A stretch of 40,000 nt of DNA, taken from assembly GCA_043826275.1 (NCBI GenBank), contig JBDRQO010000041.1:9809-49808 (forward strand), read 5' to 3'. The translations under genes were made by a program, and so were the position numbers. This DNA comes from Pseudomonadota bacterium. Its GTDB lineage: Bacteria > Desulfobacterota > Desulfobacteria > Desulfobacterales > Desulfobacteraceae. A model generated the notes under the pieces. That model saw only the letters and a list, made by a program, of their open reading frames with translations. It had not been told where the DNA came from and ran no database searches. Shown in pieces: positions 8,671 through 17,900 of the stretch. How positions within the stretch are numbered: the stretch's first letter is position 1; the number at the start of each line of letters is the position of its first letter.

Positions 8671-10245
8671 TTATATGCCTAATGTGCTTAAATCTTTTTG
8701 CCACTCTTCAGGGGCAGTGCGTTTTGTTTTTGTTAAAGTTTGAAGGTGCTTTGCGACCAGTTTGGCAGCGCGTACCTGCAGAGCTGCATCGTTTTCCAGA
8801 AGAAATTTAAGATAACGGGTCTCGGCGGTTTGCCTGGCATCCTGTCCCAGGGTATCCAACTGACGTAATGAAATAGAATAGTTTTCCATGGCCTGACTGA
8901 TGTTGGCCTCTATTTCATCCTGGCGAATTTTAAGTTTTTCTACCATGGCCTCGCGTTTGCCGGCCTTTGCCGTCTCGATCAACTGGTGCACCGTGGGCAG
9001 TTTTTTGCTTTCCAGGTGGACAAAGAATCCTCGTTCCGCCGCTATTTTAAACCAGGCATAGGCTGTTTCAGTATCCGCTTTGACCTGAATAAACTGAACA
9101 TCGGCCATCACATTTTTCAACCTGCCCAGTTCCTGCTGCATGTCAGGATTATTGCCGGCCAGTTTTTCCAGACGTTCCAGATATAGTGCGGCCTGGTCAA
9201 TGTTGACCTTGCTTTTTTCGCTGGTCGGGGCTGTGCTCACCACAGCCGGGGTGGTGGCTCCTGCCCCTGATCGATACGCATCCCAGGCATCGGCATAGGT
9301 TTGGGCAGCCGATCGGTCTCCAAACACCACGGTTGCAAGGACAGGGCGCAGGCCCATGGTCTCTTTTTTATTGGGTTTGGGAGGGGTGCTGCCCCCTCCA
9401 ATATAGAAAGGTTCTTCAGTACGCAGGCTGGAACGCAGTTTGTTTTCAGACGTCAGATAGTGTCCGCCCCTGGAAACAAAACCGCCCGGCCGCCCCTGGT
9501 AGTATTCGATCATGTACAGGCCACAGGTCATCTCAGACACATTTCCCAGCATATCGTGCAGACCCAGTGGATTGGACTTGAGGCGACCGATGGACTTGAG
9601 TTTGCCATGGCTTGATGTGGGTCCTGCAAACCATTCGCAGTTGCTCATCGATTCAGTATAGGAAACCCGGCGGTCAAAGGCATCTGCCGATACCATGGCA
9701 CCGCCACGGGCGGCAAATTCCCACTCAGCTTCGGAGGGTAAGCGCACAAAACCGGGACTCGCACCTGATTTGGGCAGTTTATCCAGAGCATTGGCAAACA
9801 GCCACTGGTTTAATTTGTCTGAAAACTGCTGGGCATCAAACCATGTGATATCATTGACCGGTTTGTCGTCTGTTTGTTTATCCGGAGCCGGCAACCCCAT
9901 GACCGCAGCCCATTGCCCCTTATTGACTTCGTATTTGGCCATGTAATAGAACCAGTCTTTACCGGATTTGCCCTGTCCCAGAAAAGAGCCGCTTAAGCTT
10001 ACTTCGGTGGGGTGTTCCTTGTAACCGCCGTCCGGATCACCCATGCGAAAGCTTTTCTGGGCAAAAGGGGTTTCTCCCTGGCCGATGAAAACCGGTCTAA
10101 AGACAATTTGTCGATTATCGGGCAGGGGCAGAATCAAATCATCATTTTCAGGACTTGGATTATCCAATGTTTTATCGGCATAAGCTGGAAGTACCATAAA
10201 AAAGATCAGTATAAAGAAAAAAAGCTGGTATTTTAGTTTAATCAT
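8671..10245 (-). CDS. Exported FGE-sulfatase (SUMF1/formylglycine-generating-enzyme fold) domain protein with C-terminal helical domain
   Basis: Signal peptide MIKLKYQLFFFILIFFMVLPAYA. Family motifs RLPSEAEWEFAARGG, NPLGLHDMLGNVSEMT and SRGGHY. The C-terminal ~190 aa are helical and charged. The ATG shares one base with the permease stop (TAATG at 10245). Confidence 0.9.
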   Translation of the reverse strand: MIKLKYQLFFFILIFFMVLPAYADKTLDNPSPENDDLILPLPDNRQIVFRPVFIGQGETPFAQKSFRMGDPDGGYKEHPTEVSLSGSFLGQGKSGKDWFYYMAKYEVNKGQWAAVMGLPAPDKQTDDKPVNDITWFDAQQFSDKLNQWLFANALDKLPKSGASPGFVRLPSEAEWEFAARGGAMVSADAFDRRVSYTESMSNCEWFAGPTSSHGKLKSIGRLKSNPLGLHDMLGNVSEMTCGLYMIEYYQGRPGGFVSRGGHYLTSENKLRSSLRTEEPFYIGGGSTPPKPNKKETMGLRPVLATVVFGDRSAAQTYADAWDAYRSGAGATTPAVVSTAPTSEKSKVNIDQAALYLERLEKLAGNNPDMQQELGRLKNVMADVQFIQVKADTETAYAWFKIAAERGFFVHLESKKLPTVHQLIETAKAGKREAMVEKLKIRQDEIEANISQAMENYSISLRQLDTLGQDARQTAETRYLKFLLENDAALQVRAAKLVAKHLQTLTKTKRTAPEEWQKDLSTLGI

Positions 10246-12044
10246 TATTCATCCCTTAACGCTTCGGCCGGATCTATTGAGATGACCCGCCAGGCTGCAA
10301 GCGCAGCAGCAAATTGTCCCAGAATGATTACCCCGGATGCTGCATAAACCAGGTGTTCGTAGTTCAGGCGGCATAGATTTTCACCGGTCGCCAGTTGAGA
10401 GGAAAAAAGCTGATTAATTAAACCGGCCATTCCTGTATAAAATCCAAAAGCCAGGCTTAATCCGCCTAAAGATAAAAAAAGAGCCTGGTAAAGGGGAAAA
10501 CATAAAAGATCTGACTGACCAAATCCGATAAGCCCCAGGACGCCAAGATCACGGCGTTTTCTTTCCACCGAGGCATACAGGCTGGCAGTTAAAGAACCCG
10601 CCCCACCCAAAAGGCCGCCCAGAGCAATGAGCCAGAAGATCATGCCCAGATGTTTATCCAGCTCCTTAATATCCCTGATCCGCGCGGCTTGTGTATGCAC
10701 TGGTATGCCCTGAGTTTCCAGTTCCAGTTTCAGGGGCTCTACATCATCCAGAGTTTTGGCATACAGCCTGAAAGCAGCATAACCCCTGCGTTTTAAAATG
10801 AACTGATCTTCCTGGGGCAGCCAGCTGATCTCTCGTCTGAGGCTCAGGTTTAGTATCCCTGCCAGCTGTGGCGGAACAAGGGCAACGTTACCTTTGGAAA
10901 ATATATCATCCACCGGTTTAACCTCAATACTCAGGGAAGACTCTTCTATGGGTTTTAATTGATTGCCGGGTTTGAGCTCAATGTTCGGGGGCAGGATAAT
11001 CTGCCGCCATTCCGGGCCCATTGGCAATTTTTCAGCCCATGGGGTATTTAATCCCTCTGCAACGGGTAATGCGAAAAGAAAAAGTTTTACCGCGTCCCCC
11101 AATTGAATTTCCATGGGGTTTACCCATGGAAGTACCAGGGCTTTTTTTCCCCGCAGGCGGAGACTGACCGTGGCTAAGACTTCCTGTCCCAGGGCACGCT
11201 TGGTACTGATCAGGTAAATATATTTTTTATTTTTTAATTGGTAACCCAGGCGGGCCTGTTGCTGATCATTGGTTAGTTTTTCCAGATGACTTAAACCCGT
11301 GCCGGAGGTGAGTTTAACCTTAAGCACCGGGTCTATGGGGGTGTCTATACCCAGCACGACACCATCAAACACGGGTTCAGCCAGGGGAACAGATCCCTTC
11401 CATCCCAGCTTTGGAACAGCCTGACCGTCTTTAAATCGTTCGATGTTCTCTAAAAGCGTCAGGTTAAAGTAAACCATATCTCTGCTGGTGGCCCTTGTAT
11501 CCAGGACCCCGGATATCTTCAGTCTGGCGTGTCCAAGTTCAAAGCTGCTGCCTTTTAATCGTTTAATCGTCAGGTCAAGTTCATCCCCAACTTTTACTGA
11601 AAGTTTGCGTGCCGCTTCCTCTGACAGGACACACTGGTTTTGTTCAGGGGGAATTGCATGGTTCTCCATCAGGAGTGGGTCGCCTTTGGAACTGGGTTGA
11701 GCTTCCAAAGTGAGATTGCCGCTGATGGATTTAAGTTCCACACTGGCAGAAATACTGCGGGTGGTGGGTACCAGAAAAGCCACTTTTGAATTATCTTTTA
11801 GAGTGTCAAGCCATTCCGGTGTAAAAGAGCGGCTTATCATGGGCCGGATTTCCCGGTTACGGGGGTCCTGCAACAGGCGGGAACGCAATGTTTCCACAGT
11901 GCCGTTTTTAAGGCCGAATAACAGAAGGAGCGGTCCAACCACTGCTGAAACGGCCAGGAAAAGACACAGACTGAGTATCCATTCGTGTTTAAGGTCTGCC
12001 CACGCCAGCCCTGCGATAAGCCCTATGGATCTTTGGCGGCTCAT
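10245..12044 (-). CDS. MacB/LolC/FtsX-type (type VII) ABC transporter permease with enlarged periplasmic domain
   Basis: TM1 is ILSLCLFLAVSAVVGPLLLLFGL (about residues 23-45). By my count the next TM starts near residue 465. The C-terminal FtsX domain reads ERKRRDLGVLGLIGFG...ISIDPAEALRDE. The ATG overlaps the ATPase stop (ATGA, 12041-12044). Confidence 0.9.
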   Translation of the reverse strand: MSRQRSIGLIAGLAWADLKHEWILSLCLFLAVSAVVGPLLLLFGLKNGTVETLRSRLLQDPRNREIRPMISRSFTPEWLDTLKDNSKVAFLVPTTRSISASVELKSISGNLTLEAQPSSKGDPLLMENHAIPPEQNQCVLSEEAARKLSVKVGDELDLTIKRLKGSSFELGHARLKISGVLDTRATSRDMVYFNLTLLENIERFKDGQAVPKLGWKGSVPLAEPVFDGVVLGIDTPIDPVLKVKLTSGTGLSHLEKLTNDQQQARLGYQLKNKKYIYLISTKRALGQEVLATVSLRLRGKKALVLPWVNPMEIQLGDAVKLFLFALPVAEGLNTPWAEKLPMGPEWRQIILPPNIELKPGNQLKPIEESSLSIEVKPVDDIFSKGNVALVPPQLAGILNLSLRREISWLPQEDQFILKRRGYAAFRLYAKTLDDVEPLKLELETQGIPVHTQAARIRDIKELDKHLGMIFWLIALGGLLGGAGSLTASLYASVERKRRDLGVLGLIGFGQSDLLCFPLYQALFLSLGGLSLAFGFYTGMAGLINQLFSSQLATGENLCRLNYEHLVYAASGVIILGQFAAALAAWRVISIDPAEALRDE

Positions 12045-12769
12045 AGGTTTTCAACTTCTTTAAGAGTAGAGGTAGTCAGATCTCTTGTTTTCCGCTCGAT
12101 ATTAAACTTGAATACCCGGTCGACCCGCCCCTTAATTAAAGACCGGTCATGGGTAACCATGATGGTGGTGGTGCCGAATTTCCGGCTAAGCGCCCTGAAC
12201 TGGTCCCGGATCTCTATGGCGGTCAGTTCATCCACGGCAGCAGTGGGTTCATCAGCCAGTACTATTCTGGGTTTATGCACCAGGGCCCTGGCAATGGCGA
12301 CCCTTTGGCGTTGCCCGCCGGACAGAAAGCTTGGCAGTTTATTCAATTGTTCTTCTATGCCCAAGGTTCTGGCAATGGCGTCTACCAGGCCAGGGTCTTT
12401 TTGTCTGTTCAGGCGCAGGGGCAGGGCAATGTTCCGGCGGACACTTAAAAAAGGCAAAAGCCCTCCGGTCTGCAACACATAGCCGATGTATCTGCTGCGG
12501 ACAGCGGCAAGTTTTGCCTGGCTTAATCCGGTTAAATCAATCGGTCCGTCAGTCCCTGCGATGCTGAAGTGTTCTATCTGTTTGGGTTTCAGTACAAGGC
12601 CCAATATATCTAAAAGCGTTGATTTGCCACATCCGCTGGGGCCAACCACTGCCGCAAACTGCCCCGGGCCCAGGTCCATTTTCGGTACAATCAGCTGAAA
12701 ATAAACCCCGGCCTGGGAGCGGGTATGCATGAGCCGGTCAATAAGGAGGACCGGCTCTGTTTTTGTCAT
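12041..12769 (-). CDS. ABC transporter ATP-binding protein (MacB/LolD-like)
   Basis: Walker A GPSGCGKST, signature LSGGQRQRVAIARAL, Walker B IVLADEPTAAVD, H-loop VTHD. The start is the ATG at 12769. An alternative TTG at 12781 directly abuts the vWA stop at 12782. Confidence 0.95.
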   Translation of the reverse strand: MTKTEPVLLIDRLMHTRSQAGVYFQLIVPKMDLGPGQFAAVVGPSGCGKSTLLDILGLVLKPKQIEHFSIAGTDGPIDLTGLSQAKLAAVRSRYIGYVLQTGGLLPFLSVRRNIALPLRLNRQKDPGLVDAIARTLGIEEQLNKLPSFLSGGQRQRVAIARALVHKPRIVLADEPTAAVDELTAIEIRDQFRALSRKFGTTTIMVTHDRSLIKGRVDRVFKFNIERKTRDLTTSTLKEVENL

Positions 12770-12781
12770 TATTGAAGCCAA

Positions 12782-14884
12782 TTAAGGAAGAAGCTCCAGG
12801 CTTATCGGGTATACATGCTCATCCGGGTCATCTTCCGCAGAAAGAGCAACCCATCCTTCCGGTCTGTCATGAATGGATTGATATGCATGCATCTTGGCTT
12901 CCAGTTCATTTAAAAACTCATCCTGCTCATCCACGGACCAGCTCATCCATAAATCGTTGTTCATGCTCATCAGATTGCTTTTATATGGCAGGCCTGAAAG
13001 AAATTCCGGAATAAGGCCTGTGGCTGCCATGGTTTTGGCATTTTTTATCAGGTTGGGATCACGGGAGGCAGCAGCTGATGTCGCCTGAAGGGCGCTGAAG
13101 AAGTCTTCGCCCCCGATCTGACCCCTGCGTCCTGCAGCCATAACTTCTTTTAATATGGTGTTCAATGAATCCAATTGGCGCTTGTTGATCAACAGCCGTA
13201 CTTCCATGGCCTGAATTGCAGGATCCATTAAATCTTTGTCTATGGCATAGGCAACAATATCTCTGGGGGCTTTTGCTTCGGCATGTTTCCCGATCCAGTC
13301 AACCATGGCAGCTTTTACCATTTTAAAGGCCAGGTTCTGGGCACTGGGTTCCCTTTCTGGGACCGTGACCGGTGAGTTGGTATCAGTTACAGTTGGTGCA
13401 GTTTCATCTTTCACTCCAGCAGTTTGTGCGGGTCCTGGTTCGCTGAGAGCAGATTCTTCACTGAGGGTTTTACCCATATTCCCCTGCTTGACCGCACTGA
13501 GCATGGTTGTCAAGGCATAGGTAATGTCTGAAGCGATGCGTGTAAAGCCTTCCATATTTTCAGAACTCATGGAAAAGTAAGCACTTTCATCCTGCATACC
13601 CGGGTTGGCACTTAAGTCCATAAACTGCCTTTCGGCCGGCTCATGATACTTTACAGCCCTGGGTGATTTTACATGCATGGCATACAGATAGATAGACGCA
13701 TCGTTGGAAATGGCTCTCAAAGTTTGGGTGGACTGTCCGGATGCATTGTATTTGTGGCCGGTTTCATGGCCCGGTGCATCTCCTAAAAGGATGATAATAC
13801 GGATGGCTCCTTCATTCCAGGCGGTTTGAGAGATGGCGTCATTGATCCCGCTGAAAACGTCTTCAGCATAATCATCACTGTCCACTTTGGTCACATCCAC
13901 CTGGGAAAGCACGTCTACAAACTCATTTGCCGGCAACAATGCCGGAGTGTAGTTATGGGTGGTGTAACCAATATTGGGAAGTTGATCCACAGGATCACGG
14001 TATCCCCATACCCCGAAACGCAGACTTTGTGCAGTGGCCTGGTCTGCACTCAGTTCCTGGGCAACCTGTCTGATAACATCCAGGGTTGCTTTAATGTATG
14101 GTCGCATGGAAACCGTGGTATCAGAGACAAAGACCACATCCATTTTCATTGTCTTTAATACGTTGGCATCCACATCACTTGAGGCCTGGTTGGCTTTTTC
14201 CAGATAGGCTTTGTTCTGGCTGATATCTGTAGATTCTCTGGCATCCGGGCCACCGGCCGTGGCAGCAGCAATCTGCAAAAGTCTTCCTTCTCTTCCATCT
14301 ATCTCCAGTTCTTCAAAGGATAAAATAGGCAGAAGATAGAATTGACTGGCTATATCAATGGCCTGTTTTGGCTCTATCGACCGGATAGGAAAGTTTTCCG
14401 GGATCTGTTTTGTTTCTATGGCAGTATACAGTTTACCCACCTCTGCCAGACGGTTTTGGGTATCTTTTTGAATGATATCTGCCAGGGGGTCGCGTTTGGC
14501 AAACATGAGTACGGGTTTGCGGCCTTCCGGGTGAGTATAGGCAAGACACATGGTTTGCTTCCATTCAAAAACATCTTTTGCCTGCATCCAGCCAAGGATA
14601 TTACCACGATTGTCAGCACCGACTTCATACCAGCCGTCCTGCAACTCCAGATCTTCTGCAGACGGTCTGGTATATACATAATAGGGCTGAAAAGCGGGAA
14701 CATTCTCTTTGACTGTGCCAATGTTTATATCCTGACTGCTGTAGATGTTTGAAAATGGCCTGGCCAGAACACGTAAGGGCAATACGGTTTTCCCTTCTAT
14801 GGAAACAGGCTTGCGCCGATCTTGGGCTGATACCGGCATAGCCAGGCAGACAATAATAAAGAGCCAGAGACATTTTTTAAACAT
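12782..14884 (-). CDS. Exported von Willebrand factor A (vWA) domain protein with MIDAS-like motif
   Basis: AAGGAGG lies upstream of the ATG at 14884. Signal peptide MFKKCLWLFIIVCLAMPVSA. MIDAS-like VVFVSDTTVSM (D255-x-T-x-S259, about 14108-14122). vWA-type IRIIILLGDAPGH near residue 365. The N-terminal (~240 aa) and C-terminal (~250 aa) regions are not recognised. Confidence 0.85.
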   Translation of the reverse strand: MFKKCLWLFIIVCLAMPVSAQDRRKPVSIEGKTVLPLRVLARPFSNIYSSQDINIGTVKENVPAFQPYYVYTRPSAEDLELQDGWYEVGADNRGNILGWMQAKDVFEWKQTMCLAYTHPEGRKPVLMFAKRDPLADIIQKDTQNRLAEVGKLYTAIETKQIPENFPIRSIEPKQAIDIASQFYLLPILSFEELEIDGREGRLLQIAAATAGGPDARESTDISQNKAYLEKANQASSDVDANVLKTMKMDVVFVSDTTVSMRPYIKATLDVIRQVAQELSADQATAQSLRFGVWGYRDPVDQLPNIGYTTHNYTPALLPANEFVDVLSQVDVTKVDSDDYAEDVFSGINDAISQTAWNEGAIRIIILLGDAPGHETGHKYNASGQSTQTLRAISNDASIYLYAMHVKSPRAVKYHEPAERQFMDLSANPGMQDESAYFSMSSENMEGFTRIASDITYALTTMLSAVKQGNMGKTLSEESALSEPGPAQTAGVKDETAPTVTDTNSPVTVPEREPSAQNLAFKMVKAAMVDWIGKHAEAKAPRDIVAYAIDKDLMDPAIQAMEVRLLINKRQLDSLNTILKEVMAAGRRGQIGGEDFFSALQATSAAASRDPNLIKNAKTMAATGLIPEFLSGLPYKSNLMSMNNDLWMSWSVDEQDEFLNELEAKMHAYQSIHDRPEGWVALSAEDDPDEHVYPISLELLP

Positions 14885-14972
14885 AAGATTTTAACCTCCT
14901 TTGTTGTTGGGGCGGTATATTTATTTTGAATCTTTTCATAAAATTTTTTCCTCAAATTTCCTTCACCGGGAT

Positions 14973-17900
14973 CTACATGAACAATGAGTTGGTAAGATCT
15001 GAAAGATCCTGAACCGTCTGCATGATCCCCTTACCACCGGTGGATTTTTTAATAACATCATCCCATTGGTTGGGTGGAATATCTGCTTTTCCAATGGCGT
15101 TGAAACCGTCTTTTACTTTTGTAAATGTTTCAAGGGCCGTTTCAAGCCGTTTAATATTGTGTTTGTCCGATGATGTTGATTTTGACGGGTCAACATTTTT
15201 GAGCTGTTTGAGCCGGGTGTTAATAAAGGGCAGAAACTTTCCGTCAAGGTCTTTGGCAGTTCCCCGGCAGGCTTCCCTGACCCCTGCCAGACGGGACAGA
15301 TTCTTATCCTTGAGCATTTCACCAGCTTTGAACATGGTCACATCAGACATCTGTCTGACCCATTTGGGGTCAAGGCTGTCCATGATTTCATCCACATTGG
15401 ACAAATCTTTACTGATATTAAGTACGGCCATCTGTTTGTAAGCTTCCGGATCAACCCGTGAGGTCATTTTTTCCCAGGACCGGGGTGCACTTTGGCCGTT
15501 GGAAGCATTTTTATAGGCATCGTCCCAGGCTTTCTGCGCGTCCACCTGCCATTGATGCCGGGAGGCTGGCTTGCCGTTTTTGGTCAACCAGACATTTCGT
15601 TTTAAAGAGGTTGAACCATCTGGGTTTTTAAAGGGGATGAAATCGGGTTGTTCTTTTAATGCCTGGTCAAAGTCCATACCTGTGGAGCCAGAGCTTGCAG
15701 CATTCCGTATGGCAAAAATTTCATGATCACTGTATCCGGCATCTTTCATGGTTTTATAATATTGCTTTTGGGCGTCCCCGTGAATTTCGTCCAGGGATTT
15801 GTCAAAAAAACGACCCGTGGCCGGAGGGGCATTGTATTTCAGATAGCCTTTAGCAGCGGGATTCTGATTGATGGCTGCCGTGCTGTCTATCATTTTTTTA
15901 TGGAGGGCTTTTATTTCATCATCCGGAAGTCCTGCTTTTACCCCTTTTTTCCAGGTATGATAGTCTGATACAAATCCTTTGACCTGTTTTTCAGCATTTT
16001 CAAGCTCTGCCTTGTAGGCTTTAACATCGTCTATTTTCGGTATTTTCGGCTTGCTTGAAATCATGCCCGGTTTGACGACATCTGCTTTTTTGGCTGCATC
16101 TGACAGATTGCCTGCGGTTTTACCGATTTTGATATCACCCGGGTCCACACCGCCACTGCCTTTGCCCATTTTCCCCACAAGAAACGGCAGTCCCTTGTTC
16201 ATCAGAAGAGACGCCCCGCCAGCTTTTGCTGCACCAGACCAGCCATCCTGGCAATATCCGTCATAGGTGCTCCAGGCAACATCCACAGCATCGGAATACA
16301 TGGTGACCGATTGTTTGATCCCGGTAAGCAGATCTTTTTCCGCCCAGCCCGTGGTAAACTGGTAGGTCAGGGCAATGGCCTGGGGGCCGCCGAACATACT
16401 GCAGGCAAGCATGCCGACATCTGATCCTGTTTTGATATTTTCAATGGCAGATACCTGGGCCTCTTTCCAGGCAAGATCCTCGTCAGTCTTGGCCATTTTT
16501 GCCTCTTCAGATCCCTGCCATTTGCTTTTTAATGCATTGGTCAGTTTCTGGTATTTTTCCGGATCATCCGGGGCCTCATCCCTGATTTTCTGGAGGGTTT
16601 CTCTGGCCTGGTGCCGGTCTGCCTCAGGCAGGAACTCAATGTATTTTTGAGCCAGTTCATCCTGGGTTTCGATGAACTCTATTTTTCTGATATTTTTTTC
16701 AATATTCTGCCTGAACTGGACCCGGCACATGGCATCAAAAGGGGTTTCACTCCTGCGGTAGGTGCCGGTTTCAAGTTCGTTGATGCGGTCCTGCTCGGAA
16801 ATGGCATTGGATTTTGCCGTAATGATGTTGAATTGCAGGGCTGCAATTCTATCTTTCTGGTCTTTTGTTGGAACGCCGCCCTGGGCTTTTAAATCCGAGA
16901 GTTCTTTTTCAAGCTCCTGGTTAATTTTCTGGGCCCGTATCTGTTCATACTTGACAGTGTCGGCATGAAATTCCAGAGATTCTTTAAGGTTGGCTATTTT
17001 CTCTTTGTTTGAATCCTCGGCCGCTTTTTTATCTGCCTGTCGCTTGTCCTGGGCAGCTTTGTTCTTTTTGGCAATAATTTCAAGATTTTCACCCATTTGT
17101 TCACTTAACGCAACAGCTTCATCCGGAGACATGATTTTTCGTTTATAGTAAAGCTTGAGCCCGGCACTCCCTGTCGAAGGCAGATCAGCAATATTGTCTG
17201 CACTGCAGGAAAGTTCTATTATTGCAGTTTCTGTAAAGAACGGGTCCAGGGGAAGAGACAGTTCACTTTCCTGAGTTACTTTTCCAGGACCGGTGGTAAG
17301 GTGCTTGCTTAATAGGCCGGCACTTACCCCATTACCCACATGACCTTTATATTTTCCGGTTCCATCTAACCCAGAGGGATACAACGTCGCTTTGATGCCA
17401 GAAAATGAAGCGGGCATAAAACTCGATACTTTTGGACGACTCACGTCCCTTATGGCAGAAAAGGTAAATTTCAGGCTGCCGCCTGCCTGGGCAATGACCG
17501 GTGCCGGCATTCCCCAGGAAATTTCATTTTTAATGGTGAAAGAATCCCATATGACCGCACCATCAGAAACCACCCGGTTGTCCACATTTACCATATGGGT
17601 ATCAGAGGTGTCTGTCTCCCTGGATGAGTCAGCCTGTGGAAAGGGCGTGGTCCCGTCTTTTCGCTTCATCATTTCCGTATATTCGGCAATTGCCCGTTCA
17701 TTCAGACTCAAAGTGCTTATTTTCTGGGAAGGTCGGGTGATCTTTTCCATGCGGTCCAATACCCAGTATATCTTTTCTGCGGGAACAGCTTCAGGAAACA
17801 GGACCTGTTGTGCCAGAGTTTCAAATGCCATGCGTTCCCCGTCAAATTCCTCGAGAAATTCTTTTTGAAATTTTTTCACCTGGCTTTCCCAGGTATTCCA

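Noticed and set aside
11985-12698. Plus-strand ORFs (165, 99, 78 and 70 aa) antisense to the ABC ATPase
   Set aside because: The minus frame carries complete Walker A, signature, Walker B and H-loop motifs. The antisense ORFs have no motifs.
15500-16300. Kinase-like (IHGD ... MDFD) or ADP-ribosyltransferase-like (R ... SSGST ...) strings in the C-terminal part of the giant protein
   Set aside because: The spacing and surrounding residues do not fit the HRD/DFG or R-S-E arrangements, and there is no glycine-rich loop. This is too weak to claim without a profile or structure search.
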